Part shown: piece by piece, positions 1 to 13,698 of the stretch | Position numbering within the stretch: the first letter of the stretch is position 1 | How the letters are laid out: every line of letters starts with the position of its first letter | Notes under the pieces: generated by a model | Databases searched by the model: none | The model's input: only the letters and a program-made list of their open reading frames with translations | Told to the model about the DNA's origin: nothing | Made by a program: the position numbers and the translations under genes | NCBI RefSeq assembly: GCF_036321535.1 | Contig: NC_087447.1 | Span: 51,462,001 to 51,526,000, forward strand | DNA: 64,000 nt | Reading direction: 5' to 3' | Source of the DNA: Camelus dromedarius | Taxonomy: Eukaryota

Positions 1-734
1 AAGAGCTCTCACATCCACTCTCTTCTTTCCATACATACTGCCAAAACCTTAATTTAGGCCTCTTTATCGTTCCATTGGATTACACCTTTCTTTCACATAA
101 TCCATAGGCCTCCACTCACTGCCATTCTTTCTAGGTACTTAATGTTACAGTGAGGCTAAGCTATTAGTAATTTCCTTACAAGTGTCTGCTCATTCTGCAG
201 GTCTCAGACCAACTGTTTTAGGTTGACAGTAACAAGAGGTCACAAACAGATGCCCATGCTGACTGATCTGTAGTAGCAGTGTAGTCTGCTAAATCTAGGC
301 TTCGCAGGAAAAGCTGAGACTGATGTCTGCTATAAGCCAAGGAACAAGGCCTAACAGATGCTGGATATTTGCTCTGGATTTAAACAGAATTTTATATTAA
401 TTATTTTTCACTGACTTCAAGAGAAAAAGAAAAAGCTCTCTGTAATACATATACACAACGGTGCCACTAACAGAGATAAAAGATCAAGAGCCATGTTAGA
501 AGGAAGATAAAAATTCCATCAGAAAACTAGCTAATGTAACCAATGAATGGAATTAAGAAGTAGGTGGAGAGTTAAGCTTATTAGCAGCCAAGTGAAATAA
601 CACTGAAACTGTTTAAGTGATTCATTCATTTAATACTGATGCATAAAAAAATGGGGAAAAAAGCATTCAAGATGATTACAATCTACACAAAGACAAATAG
701 GAGTAGCAATATTACTGGTATTTCAAAGCACTGA

Positions 735-922
735 ATTTACAAAGCCCTAGGTTTGAATGCTGGCTCTGCCATTTCTACCAATGTGAGACTGGTCCAGTTA
801 TTTAGTTTCTCAAAAATCAATTTTTGTGTGCATAAAGTTAAGACTAATGCCTATTTCAAAAGTGAGCTCTATAAGGAAAGTATTAAACACAATGCCTGGT
901 ATATAGTGAACATTCAATATAA
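735..922 (+). mobile_element. MIR SINE (degenerate)
   Basis: GGTTTGAATGCTGGCTCTGCCATTT... through ...CAATGCCTGGTATATAGTGAACATTCAATA resembles the MIR core and 3' end. Confidence 0.7.
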
Positions 923-969
923 AAACCATACAAAACCGTAGTTTCTATAGTGGAGTTACATAGAAATTC

Positions 970-1780
970 ACAAAGGATCATCTTCCTGAGAGGACGGCCT
1001 CAGGAAGAAAGCTAATACTTGAGGTGAGATCTAAAGGATAAATGTTCACCAGGAAAATAATTTGGTGGGAAGGCACTGTAGGCAGAAGAGACAGTATATG
1101 CAAAAACTCTGAGGAATGAAAGAAAACATGTTCTGTGAATGACACAGAATATGAGTCAAGTAGTACCGTACACAGTAGAGAATGCCATTAGATGTGGCTG
1201 AAGTGGCTAAAGCCTTAAGAGCACTGAATGCTATGTCAGAGTTCAGATTTTTAAGTGAAAGAGAAACACTAAATAACTCTTAAAGTTACTTTTTGTATGT
1301 TACTTTTAAATCTTTGTCTTCAAAAGGTCACTCCTGTCCCAGTGAGAAGGTACAAGAAGGGTGCAAGACTAAAAGCTTCCGAGCCTAGTTTCCTGACCAA
1401 TCAGAAGGTGAAGGTTCAGGCGAGAAATGATAAAGGCCCATATCAGGCCATGGCAATAGGGGTGAACAGAAGACAAATCTGACAAACAAATAGGAGGAAA
1501 AACCAACAGAACCTGGCTATTGTTTGGATACGAGGAAGAGAAGGGCTTTAGGACAATGCCAGAATCATGGCTTGGGTTCACAATGTTGGTGGTAATGTGA
1601 ATACATCATGGATTCAGATATGTATAAGAGGACTGAGGAAAGAAGAAAATTAATTTGGCTTTTGACATGCTGAGTTTAATTTGCTTATGAGATGCCAGTT
1701 CAGTAGGCAGTCAGTTGTATATTAAGGGAGACATCTGTAATCTGGTGTAAAAGCTACAGCTAGAGCTTTGGGAGTCAACA
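970..1780 (-). mobile_element. L2 LINE fragment
   Basis: Purine-rich antisense L2 motifs: TTGAGGTGAGATCTAAAGGA, AGGCAGAAGAGACAGTATATGCAAAAACTCTGAGG, TTTTGACATGCTGAGTTT. Confidence 0.65.
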
Positions 1781-2115
1781 TTTGTAAAACTTTTTCTAGT
1801 AATAAACTCTCAAGGAAACTTTCTGCTTAGACTCCATACAAATACATTTGTTCAATCACCCAATGTGCTTGGAACTGGGAAAATGTTGGTCAAAAGGGAG
1901 ACATAGTTCCAATCTGCTTATGAACCAGTAGACAACTAATATGAGAGATGATTAAAAACAGACAAAAGCAGTTCTATAGCTGGTACAGATGTATTCTTTG
2001 CTCACCCTTGTCCTTTTTATCCACCCAGCAGACGAACATAAAGTAGCTTTCTGGTATTTTCATTTCATAAAGGACAAAACTAAGAGAAATAGACAGTTAT
2101 CGAGTTTTCTAGATC

Positions 2116-2312
2116 AGTTGTCAAACTTTTTCTATAGAGTCGATAGTAATTTAGGCTTTGTGGGCCATCTGGTACTGACTACTCAACTTGCCATTGTAGC
2201 ATGAAAGCAGCCACAGATCATATATAAACAAATAGATGCAGCTCTATTCAAATACAACTTTATTTATAAAAATAGGCAGCTAGCTGGATTTGGCTGTAGT
2301 GCGCCAACTCCT
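2116..2312 (+). mobile_element. MER58A-like hAT-Charlie MITE
   Basis: CAAACTTTTTCTATAGAG...TTAGGCTTTGTGGGCCAT...ACTCAACTTGCCATTGTAGCATGAAAGCAGCCACAGA...ACTTTATTTATAAAAATAGGC. Confidence 0.8.
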
Positions 2313-2784
2313 TCTCTAGACTGTAACAGCACTCTTAACAATGCAGAGAGAAGAATGGCTAGAGAAGAAAAAAATTCCTAATACAGCAATGTATTTTACC
2401 TAATACAGAGTAAACCTTATGCTTTGATTTTTAAACTACATTTTTAGAAAAGCTGTAACTATTAACTTTATATAAAGAGGTTACCATCAAATATTTATCA
2501 ATTATACCCAGTATCCATACTATTATCACTCCTGGTGATTTATGAAGAAACTAATATATGTAAATAACTATAATGTTCTTTTTTAAAACAACTTAAGGAT
2601 TTCTTTCCTATTGCCATCAAGAGAATTTCATTGTTTTTAGGGCTAAAAAGTCAGAAAGACCTGGATTAGTAACCTGGCTTTGTGTTCTTTGCACAGTTAT
2701 TTAATCATAATTCATTTATTCATTCGACAAACAATTATTATTAACCACCTACGTGTCAAGCACTATGCTAGGCATGATGTATAT

Positions 2785-3193
2785 TAAGGGTCAGCAAACT
2801 TTTTCTGTAAAGGGCCTGACAATAAATATTTAGGCTTTGCAGACCAAGAGGCTAAATCAAGGATATTACACAGGCACTTACAAATGAAAGGAAAAACATT
2901 TCCACAATACTTTTTATGAAATTTAAACTATAGTAATATGTTATATATGATATACTCTGTAATATAATATGTTATGTGTAATATATAATAATTGAGTACA
3001 ATTTTTTGTAATATAGGTGTTCTAATGAGAAGAATGAAATTATCTGGGGGGTAGATAATAGTTCGCTTAATTGTAATTCAAAGTAAGTACCCCCTTTTTC
3101 AATAAATTTATTGCAAATGTTCTTTGTAAAAAGGTATTCTTGGCTCACAAGCCTTATAAAAATAGACAGGGGGCCATAACTTGAGAACTTCTG
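2785..3193 (+). mobile_element. MER58-family hAT MITE inserted in an L2 3' end (L2 about 2711-3260, minus strand)
   Basis: Starts TAAGGGTCAGCAAACTTTTTCTGTAAAGGGCC. Perfect 8-bp TSD ATGTATAT at 2777-2784 and 3194-3201. Confidence 0.85.
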
Positions 3194-4209
3194 ATGTATA
3201 TAACAGTGAATAAGACACACAGTGCTTAGCTCTCATGACTTTTGGTGAAGGACAGAGATTTTCAGAAAGGCAATTACAGTTTCTTCACCTATAAAATCAG
3301 GATTATCAATATGCAGATTTATCCTGCAGGGTCAGGGTGAGAATTCACATAAGCATACAGAAGGTACTTTCTCCTCCTTTCTTTAAAAAGACTGCTAAGG
3401 TTATATTAAGGACATAACAATGTGAAGACTAAAGTAGCATAGGTACCCAACTAACAGAACACAGCTTTGATTCCCTACAGTCATTAGGGAAAAGATACTT
3501 TCATGCTGAGCATATCTTGATTTATCCTCCGGTTTCATATAAAGTTATCTATTTTTACCTTCAGAATTTAATAACAACCAACCATCCCAGTAAATACTTT
3601 AAGAGTTTTTGTGGTGTGGTCACTTCTATTAACTAAATTATCTTAATATTATCTTTTATATACCTTAAAAATTAGGTAATAATGTAAGCTTCAATAGTAT
3701 CATCAACGTTATATTATCTTCAGTAATACTTTTCTTCTTGAAGCCAATATGTCAGACACCAGTTGAGGGCATTTCACACATTATTTCATTAAATTCTTAC
3801 AATTCTGCAAGATAAATGTTAGTTTCTCCATTTAATAAGACTGTCTTTTCCCAGTTTTATAGACCAATCAGCTTATATTCAGACAAGTGAGAAAGTTTCC
3901 TAACATCAACAATGCTGAGAAGCCAAGAATGGAGCCCAGGTTTTCTAACACTTTTTCCAGCTAACCCACCTCATTTAACACCAATAAGTAAATCTGTTTG
4001 ATGTTTAGCATCAGGTCAGGTTTGGAGTACATAACTAAATGCACTAATCTGAGAATTTCACAATTCTACTAATGGCTTTTACAGGAAAAGAGCACATTTT
4101 TGATGAAAATGAAAGAGGCAAAAAAACTTTCCAAGGAATTTTTTAAAATTTCCAATCATTGGTGAGTTTTCTCATCAAATTATAAATCCTTCATTCATAG
4201 CATAAATCC

Positions 4210-4722
4210 ATATTAGATTTCTATTGATGCATAATAAAATATCACAATCTTAGCATCTTAAAATAACACCTATTTATTATCTAATAATTTCTATGGGTCA
4301 GAAGTCCTGAATAGTACAGTTTGGGTTCTCTGCTTAGTCTCAATAAGCTGGTATCAAGGTGTTAGCAGGGCTGCATTACTTTCTGGGGATTCGGTGGGGG
4401 GGGGGGGGGGAAGCACCACTCCAAGCTCATTCAGGTTGTTGGCAGAATTCATTTCCTCCTCATGCTTTCTACGTAACCTTCCACCTGACAAAAGTGTGCT
4501 GAGTCCTCACATTTTATCTCTGACTTCTGTCTACCTCTTTTGCTTGTAAGAGCTCGTGTAATTTACACTGGGCCCATTTGGATAATTCAGGGTAATTACC
4601 CTATCTTAAGGTCAATAGATCAATAATACAATCCCACCCATAAAGCTCCCTTTGCCATGTAACATATTAAAGAATGTAACACCAAAGAGCGAAGGCCATA
4701 AGGGTCAAACTTTTGCCTACAA
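4210..4722 (-). mobile_element. MLT1 (ERVL-MaLR) solo LTR, contains a G15 run at 4396-4410
   Basis: TATTAGATTTCTATTGATGC...TTTCTATGGGTCAGAAGTCC...TCAAGGTGTTAGCAGGGCTG...TCAGGTTGTTGGCAGAATTCATTTCCT...GGATAATTCAGGGTAAT. Confidence 0.8.
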
Positions 4723-5351
4723 TATAACCCATATCTGCTCTTCTAAATGCCTTCCATAAAAAAATCACTGAGTGACCACTTTTCTAAGTATGCTTTCATG
4801 TCCAACACTTCCTACCTTTGGTCTACTTATATCTTTCATATTATTTTCCGAAGTATCACTCTTTAGAAAGAAGGAAAGCAATCAAAGCTTATCTATTTTT
4901 AATCAGTCATAATCTTTACCAAAACACTGAAAAGATGAGAAAATTTTGATTATATCTGCATGCCCCATAAGACTTCATTCCTGATACCTGTACTTAAAGC
5001 ATTTATATTCTCCTTGGCATTTTATTTATTTGCGTGCCTACTTTACTTTTCTTCCTTTACTACACTCCAGACTCAAGAACATCAGTGTCTCATACATCCC
5101 ACACTGTACCTTACTGAGTCCCTTACAGAGTAGGCCATCAAAAACTGTTGACTGAACAGATGGGTGAAAATCTGCTAGCTTTAACACCTGTAGACTCTTA
5201 GTGAACCACATTTATGGTTAGAGCCTATGTTTAAACAAATTATTTTAAGGAATCTTCCAGCTTGTCTATTAGATTATTCTGTCCTGTGTGCTAATCATGA
5301 AACGTACAGGGGTCAAAGAGAAGAGCCAGCAAAAGAAAAGAATGCACAACT

Positions 5352-5590
5352 GGGGCTGCAGAGGGTGGCAGGAATAAATTTGGAATTTAAGATTAACAGA
5401 AACACACTTTATACATAAAATAGATAAACAACAAGGACCTACTATATAGCACAGAGAACTTGATTCAATATCTTGCAATAATCTATAATGGAAAAGACTC
5501 TGAAAAAGAATACATAAAACATGTATAATTGAATCACTTTGATGTATACCTGAAACACTGTAAATTAACTATGCTTCAATTTAAAAAAAA
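5352..5590 (+). mobile_element. 5'-truncated L1 3' UTR, cetartiodactyl type
   Basis: AAAATAGATAAACAACAAGGACCTACTATATAGCACAG...GAATCACTTTGATGTATACCTGAAAC followed by an A tail. Confidence 0.85.
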
Positions 5591-8246
5591 ATCCAACCTT
5601 GGCATAACTGACAGCATTCCTCTAAGCAAACAAAAAAGGAAGCACTACTGGAGGCAGGATGAAATCAAGAAAAATCTGAGCGAGGTTATAAGAGGTTCAA
5701 CTGTGGAAGACAAAAATTTTTAGTAAAGAAAAACTAAACAATGTCCACTGGATTTGACCACACAACAAGGCTCATTTCAACAAGGCTTGTTTTTGGCGGC
5801 ACAGTGGGGGCAGAAACCAGATGGGGAAGATTCAGTAGAAGCGAAAATTGAATACAGCGTATGTGGGCAATTCTTAAGAAGTTTGACTATGATATATAAT
5901 GAAGCTATAATTGTGGTTCAATACTACTATTTTTAAACAAAACGCTACTCAAAAGTTTTCGAAGTGGCATTCTATGTTTTAAAAGATTTCAAAAAACTAG
6001 CATGGAAGTAGATATTATTACCACAAAAATCATGATAGAGTGGAATTTCATATATTATGTTAGAATCTAAGCTATCCCATCAATTGGGAAAGCACAAGAA
6101 AAGAAAAATTATAGCATGGTTTCTCCTAATACTGTTATTTTGGAGCTAAACACTTACTGAAAGCTAGGCAATAACATGAGTAAATGGGGTAATTTTCTCC
6201 GCCAACAGAGTTTTAAGATACATTCAAAATAAAATAAATCTTTCATTTACTTGAGAAATTCAAGCAAATTATTGGTGAAACTGGCAATTTGCATTTCCAT
6301 AACTTTTACTTTCTAAAGTGCTTTCACAACTATCATTACTACCTGATGATTCCCAATATTGAGATTTGGGGCGTTCTTCTTTCTCAGCATTCTTTTATAC
6401 TCTAATTGAAAGGAAGTACTAAGACACAGAAATGTAAAACTTATTTACCCAGCAGAGCTAGAACTCTTTGATTCTTAATGCAACAGTTTTTAACGTTAGT
6501 CTAGAAATCAATACAATCAGATTCCACAATAATTTGCAAAAGCATACGATACCATAACCAAAGTTTTGATGATCTTCAAGCCAATGGTAATACCTTAAGT
6601 GTTTGCATTAAGTTGACAAACATACCAGTGACTAAGTAGATGAGTGTACTTGATGATCAGTAAGACACAGATGTTATATAGTCTATAACAGCTAATCGCT
6701 TAGTATTGCAAAATAAAACTAATTGACTTTTAGGTAAAATGTATGAAAGTGCTCTATAAATTAAGAGACTATATATATATGTCCACTATTATAATTAAAA
6801 TCTGAAATATTTGCCCCAAAATGATAATGTTAGGACAGATTTTACATTTCACGATAAGTACTATCCAGCTGAAGTTAGTAAAAATGTGAAAGGAACTAAT
6901 AAAATAGAAAAGAATTAATTCTGAGCAGCAGGAATATGGGCATTATATTATTCTTCATTTTTATCTATGCACTTTACATTTTTTTAAATCTTGAAAATAA
7001 AGAGAGACTGTGGGAAACTTTTTTCTAACCTCTTTTCTTTGGGAATACCACAAAGTCCTCCAAGCTGAGGAAATCCAAGAGCCGTATCTGACTCTCACAT
7101 GACTACAAGTTAGTCCAAGGAGGCATGTGAGACATAATTATATGCAGTGTAATAGCTGTCAACTTTAGCTTTTCTAACTTAGACCTTAGGGCCAGGGCCA
7201 CCTAAATTAGGAACAATGGTATTCTTTAAGATAAATGTTTTAAAGTTTTGCTGGCATCAAAGAAAACTGAAAGTATTCTTAGAAGAACCTAAAATAATTG
7301 ATATCTGATAAAAGTGTGCATTTAACACGCTTGAGTACCTACCATGAGCAAGGCATACATAGTATTAGATGAAAACACTGGAAAACATGCATACCCCTCT
7401 GATCCCAGAGAACTTGCATTTTAGTGTGGAGATGTGTGGAGTGGGAGCAGGGGAACAGGGGAGGAGGCACAGGTACATGCACATATACATACATGGCTTC
7501 TACGAGGAAGCTTTCATTCATTCATCTAATTATTGATTCAACAAATACTGACTGAGCAACTGAGCAAAAGCTATGAGTTAGGCACTGACTCAGGTGCTAA
7601 AAATGTAATAGAGATTGACAAAAATCCCTACCCTCACTGAGATTTGACTCTTGTGGAGGAGACAGACTTAAAAAAATAAACTTGAGATTTTTCATTCTAT
7701 GAACAAGATAAAACAAGGTGATATATTAAGAGAAAGGTGGAAGACTGAAGGGCAAGGCCTACTTTAGTCATATACAAAGAATCAAGAAGCCAGAACAGTG
7801 TGACCATTCTGGAAACCAAAAGTTGTTCTATATAGTAGAATACAGTATATATTAGTACTATACTAGAGGTATACATACAGGTAATATACTAGATGTGAAG
7901 TCCAGAACAACCAGTAGGTCTGAACAGATAGTACCATTTACCAAGTCAAGAAACAATAAACTGTAGACTATAAAAACAAAAAATGACAACTCCCCAAATT
8001 ATAAGAGTAACAGATCTATCCAAGTTCTGGTTCTCTTTTGTTAACTTGTATACATGGCCAGTAATAAGTATGTCTCTTTGGGTCTTACTATCTTCATCTG
8101 TTAAATGAGCAACTCAGAGAGGTCAAGATTTACTTTGGGAAATGAAATTCCCAAAGCTCATTAGCTTGGAAATTAAAAGGAATCAAGAATGATATTTAGA
8201 TTTTTGGTTTGAGAAAATAGGTGGTGTTGATGCTATTTAACCAAAG

Positions 8247-9028
8247 GTATCAGTCAGGATAGTGGGGTTATGCTGCAGTAACAAATGACCTTCAAATCTC
8301 AATGGCAGTAACTGGCAAACTCTGGCCCACAGCCAGAGTTTGTTTTTGTAAATAAAATTTTACTGGAATATAGCCAGATCAATTCATTTAGAAACTGGAG
8401 TTGTGACAGAGAATATAAAGACTGCAAGCCTAAAATATTTACTACCTGACCCTTTAAGAAATAGTTTGCTGGACACACTTTTGGGAAGAAGATTAAAGAG
8501 CCATGTAACAATCACTTTTCCTTGCATTTCATGACCAAAGCCAAATCATATAGCTGTACCTCAATTCACCAACAGGGGAATGTATACTCTTCCCAAAGGA
8601 AAGGGAACCAAATATTTTGCAGTTGTCTCCACAAATCTTGCTACCTTGTCCCATTTTCCTGAGCTTGTGGCCCCTCAAGAGTTGACATTTTCTAACCTCT
8701 TTTACCAAGAAGTATTATGTTCTTCCCAATGGAATAACCAAAGTTACATATGCAACTTCTTCCTCATTTATTAAAAGAAAATTGCTTGCCCTGGACTTTA
8801 TTTCTCCTTTCTGAAGCTGAAGTACACTGTACAACAGAGAAAAGTAAAACGTCCTAGGGTGGAACAATAAAATAAAAGGAACCTGGATCCCTGAATAACC
8901 TCACAAAACACAGTTGCCCCTAGAGTCCCGGCCAGATTGTTGTGATAAAGAAATAAAGTTATTGCTTATTAAAACAATGATATTTTGGAATCATTTTGTT
9001 ACAGAAGTATAGTCTCTACCGTAATACA
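8247..9028. mobile_element. Old MLT1-type LTR fragments with a minus-strand MER58A-like MITE (about 8306-8476)
   Basis: TATCAGTCAGGATAG...TATGCTGCAGTAACAAATGACC (MLT1). TTTTTGTAAATAAAATTTTACTGGAA...AAGCCTAAAATATTTACTACCTGACCCTTTA (MER58). Confidence 0.6.
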
Positions 9029-9555
9029 GATTCACTTTATTTTTTGAGTAAAGATGTTCAATATGTAATTGAGTATACTGGCCTTGGAACTAAGAAGATT
9101 CAGGAGGAAAATATGACACATCAGCATATGGGGTTTAAAGTCATGGGAACAAACAAGATCACCCAGGAAGAGTATATAAAATGACACTAGGGGAGGGTCT
9201 GGAATAAAGCTCTGTAGTACAAAAACCTTCAGGAGCTTAGACAAAAAGAAAAATCTGGCAAAGGAGACTACTATGGATAGAAAGAAAACCAGGAAAGTAT
9301 TGATAGAAAGAAGCCAAAAGAGAAGTGTTTCAAGAGAAGAACTAGAGAAATTAAGGAGATATGGAATAAACAGTATGACTTGAATTTAATAATAAGGACA
9401 CTGTTCAAACCTTTGAACTGTAAAAGAAATTTTACTGGAATGTAATTATTCAGAGAAGGAAAATCTCAATGGACTTAGGAGTGAATGAGAGGTAAAGAAA
9501 CAGAATAGCAAAAAAGAAAATTATTTCAAGATGTCTGGCTATCAAAGTAACATAG

Positions 9556-10015
9556 ATAGCTTCTAGGTGGCCCATAATGATCTTCACTTCCTGGTATTCA
9601 CTGCCCTTACATGACTCCCTTCCTCTTGTTCCTCCAACCCATCGTCCTTAGTTTATGAGCCAAGTCTAGTGATTTCATTCTAACAAACAGAATATGGCAA
9701 AAGTGACAGTACATTTCCAAGATCTGGCTACAAAAAAACCATGACTTCTGTCTCAGGCACTTTCTCACTCACTGGTTCTGCTGCATTGCTTTAAGCTGTC
9801 CTATGGAGAAGTCCAGACAAGGAACTGAATCCTGTCAACGGCAATATGATTAGGACTGGAAGTGGATCCTTCCACAGTTGAGTCCTCACATGAAACTGCA
9901 AGCCAGGCTGACAGCTTGACTACATATAGCCTAATGACAGATGCTAAGCAAGATTCCTAACACACAAAAATTGTGGAATAAGAAGTTGCCACTGAAGCAA
10001 TAGGTAACTAATACA
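9556..10015 (+). mobile_element. MLT1F-like solo LTR inside an L2 fragment
   Basis: TGGCCCATAATGATCTTCACTTCCTGGTATTCA...AACAGAATATGGCAAAAGTGA...GCAATAGGTAACTAATACA. Confidence 0.7.
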
Positions 10016-10269
10016 AAGGGGAAGAGCAGATGGTTGGCAGCTAAAAGGAAATAGAAGGGTTAAGGGATAGTTTAAGTTCTTTAATAATATAATAAAGACT
10101 TTAGCATATCAAAAAGATAAGGCAAAAATATACATTTATACATAAGAGTGTATGTGTATAAACTTATAGGGCAGCAAAAGTCTGAAAAATCAGAAAAAAG
10201 GACAGTAAATGTAAACATATAAGCAAATCTCAATAAATATCTAAGTAGAAAAGTTATTTTTTAATGTTG

Positions 10270-13200
10270 AAGAGGGACCTAATATATGCTAAGTTAGGCC
10301 ATAAAACAAGTATAACAAAATTAATGGATCAAAATTATGCAATGTATGTTCTCCTACATGATGAAATGAGATTAGAAATCAATAACAGGAAAAAAATTGG
10401 GAAAAATTCACAAACATGTGGAAACAACATAGTACTAAATAACTAATGGGTCAAAAAAGAAATCACAAGGGAAAAGAAAAAATATTTTGAGATTAATGAA
10501 AACCAAATACAACATACCAATTTATGACATGAAGTTAAGTAGGGATTAGACAGAATAGCTGAAAATACCTATATTGAAAAAGAGGAATATCTCAAATTAA
10601 TAACCTAAGCTTCCACATTAAGAAGAACAAATTAACACAAAGCAAGTGGAAGGAAGAAAATAATCAAATAAAGAAATAATAGAGAATTCAATTAAACTAA
10701 AAGTTGGTTCTTAAAAAGATACATAAAATTTACAAACCTCTAATGAGAATGACCAGAAAAAAATGAGAACACTACATCAGTAAAATGAGGAAAGAAAGAG
10801 GGGACATTACTACTGACTTGACATAAGTAAAAAGAATTATAAGTGAATACTATGAACAACCACATGCCGATAAACTAGGTAAGCTAATAAAATGGGCAAT
10901 TTCCTAGAAAGGCACAAACTGTTGAAATTGACTCAAGAAGAAATACAAATCTGAATAAACCTATGACAAAGAGATTGAGTAAACAAACAAAAAAATTTTC
11001 AACAAAGAGCCCAAGCCCACATGGCTTCACTGCTAAATCCTAATATAATACCTCACAAACACTTGCTAAAAAATAAAAGCAGAGGAAACACTTTCTTAGC
11101 TCATTGCATGAGGCCAGAATTTCCCAAGTACCAAAATCAGACAAACATATCTCACGGAAAAAAAAATCCAACAGACTAATATCCTTTATGAGCATAAATT
11201 CTCAAAAAAAAATTAACAAACCAAATCTAGCAACATATAAAAAGGATTATGGACTATGACCAAGTGGGACTGACTGCAAGAATGTTAAGGTTTCAACATA
11301 CGAAAACTAATCAATATAACACACCACATAGAATAAAGGACAAAATTCACGCGGTTATCTCAATAGATGCAGAAAAAAACTGATAAAAATCCAACAGCTT
11401 TCATGATAAAAAATACTCAACAAACTAGGAAAAGAATTTCCTCAACCTGGTATTGGACACCATACTAAACATGGTATCATGAATAACATCATACTAAAAG
11501 TTAAAAAGGTGAAAACTTTCCCACCTAGGATCATGAACACAACAAGGCTGCCTACTCTCACCATTTCTATTCAACAGTGTACCAGAGGTTGCAGTAGAGC
11601 AATTATACAAGAAAAATAAATAAAAGGCATCCAGACTGAAAAGGGGGGAAGCAAACCTGTTTATGCTTGCAGGTGACATATAATCTTGTATACAGAAAAT
11701 CTTAAGAATTCACAAAAAAGCTATTTGAGCTAATAAATGAGTTCAGCAAAGTTGCAAGATACAAGATTAATACACAAAAATTAGTTATATTTCTTTTTTA
11801 AAAATAGAGATATTGGGGATTGAACCCAGGATCTTGCACATGCTAAGTACGCACTCTACCACTGAAATATACCTTCCCCCCAATTAGTTGTATTTCTACA
11901 CACTAGAAAGATCTAGTCTAGATTCACTGATTTCACACAGTGAATGATCTGAAAATGAAAACAATTCCAGTTACAATACCATCAAAAACAGCAAAATACT
12001 AAGAAATAAACTGAATAAAAGTATAAGACCTGGAGTCAGAAATTCACAAAACATTTTTGAAAGGAATTAAAAGACCTAATTATTTTAAGAGACATCCTGT
12101 TTTCACGGATCAGAAAACTTACTTTTGTTAAGAAGTGAATTCTCTGTAAATTTATCTACAGATTATATACTATCCCTATCCACATCCTAACTGGCATTTT
12201 TGCAGATATTGACAAGCTGATCCTCAAACTCATAACGAAATGAGAGTGATGAAGCATGGCCAAAACAATCTTGGAAAAGGTGAACAATTTCAAAATTTAC
12301 CACAAAGCTATGGTAATAAAGACAATGTTGTACTAGCATAAATAACAACATGTATGTCAACAGACCAAAAACATCAGAAATAAACCCTCGTATTTATGGT
12401 CAACTGACTTTCTATAAGAATGTCAAGGCAATCTAGTGGGGAAAAGAACAATGTTTTCAGCAAATGGTAATGGAACAAATGGATATCTATGTACAAAAGA
12501 ATGGAGATGGACTCTCACCTGAGAGCATATATAAAAATTAACTTTAAATGGGTTATAGATCTAAATATAAGAGCTATGACTATAAAAAAAAACTCTTAGG
12601 ACAAAATATAGGAATAAATCTTCACAACCTTGAGTTGGGCAATGATTTCTTATATATGACAGACACCAAAGCACTAGTCACAAAAGAAAAAAACTAATTG
12701 GACTTAATCAAAACTAAAACTTCCAAGCATCAAAAGACATCAAATAGAAACTGAAAATACAACATATACAATGGCAGAAAATGTATGCAAATCATATGTC
12801 TGGTAAGGGTCCAGTATCCAGAAGACATAAAGAACTCCTAAAACTCAAAACCAAAAAGACAAACAACCATTTGAAAAATGGACAAGGACATGAATAGACA
12901 TTCTTTCAAAGAAGATATACACAAAGGTGAACAAGCACATGAAAAGAATGCTCCACATCATTTAGTCATAAGGGAAATGCAAATCAAAACTACGAGATAA
13001 CACATCATCCCCACTAGGATGGCTAAAATTAATCAATAAATCAACCAATAATATGTAAAAAATTTGGAACCCTCATACATTCCTAATGGAAATGTAAAAT
13101 GGTGCAACTGCTTTGGAAAATAGTCTGGCAGTTCTACAAAAAGTAAGTTAAGCACAGAATCACCATATGACCCAGCAATTCCTCCCTAGATATATAAAAT

Positions 13201-13698
13201 TAAACCACATGTCTACCCAAAACCTGTACACGAATGTTCACAGCAGTACTATTCATAATAGCTAAAAGGTGGAAACAAGCCAAATATCATAAACTGATAA
13301 ATGGATAAATAAGATGTAGTATTATCCATACAATGAAATGTTATTCAGGCATAAAAAGGAGTAAGTTCTGATACATGCTACAACATGGATGAACCTTGAA
13401 AATATTATGCTAAGTGAAAGAAGGCAGACACAAAGGCTACAAATTGTATGATTCTATTTATATGAAAAACTCAAAATAGGCAAATCTTTAGAGTCAGAAA
13501 ACAGATTAGTGGTTGTTAAGGACTGGGGGAAGAGGGAAGTAATCGCTAATGGGTATTGGGTTTCTTTTTGGGGTGATGAAGATGTTCTGGTTTTGATACA
13601 GATGATTGTTGCACCTTGTGCATATACTAAAAAACACTGAATTGTGTACTTCCAGAGGGCAAATTTTATGTTATATGAATATATCTCCACTCAAAAAA
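10270..13698 (+). mobile_element. Old L1 (L1MB-like), decayed ORF2 plus 3' UTR, antisense to RSF1
   Basis: Collinear ORF2 motifs (ATTAGAAATCAATAACAGGA, CTCAATAGATGCAGAAAAA, CAAAGTTGCAAGATACAAGATTAA, GGGAAATGCAAATCAAAAC) with many stops, and an L1MB-type 3' UTR (GGTTTCTTTTTGGGGTGATGAAGATGTTCTGG). Confidence 0.9.
11795..11881 (-). mobile_element. tRNA-Ala-derived SINE (Vic-1-like) inserted in the L1
   Basis: tRNA-like head. 16-bp TSD AATTAGTT(A/G)TATTTCT at 11779-11794 and 11882-11897. Confidence 0.88.
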
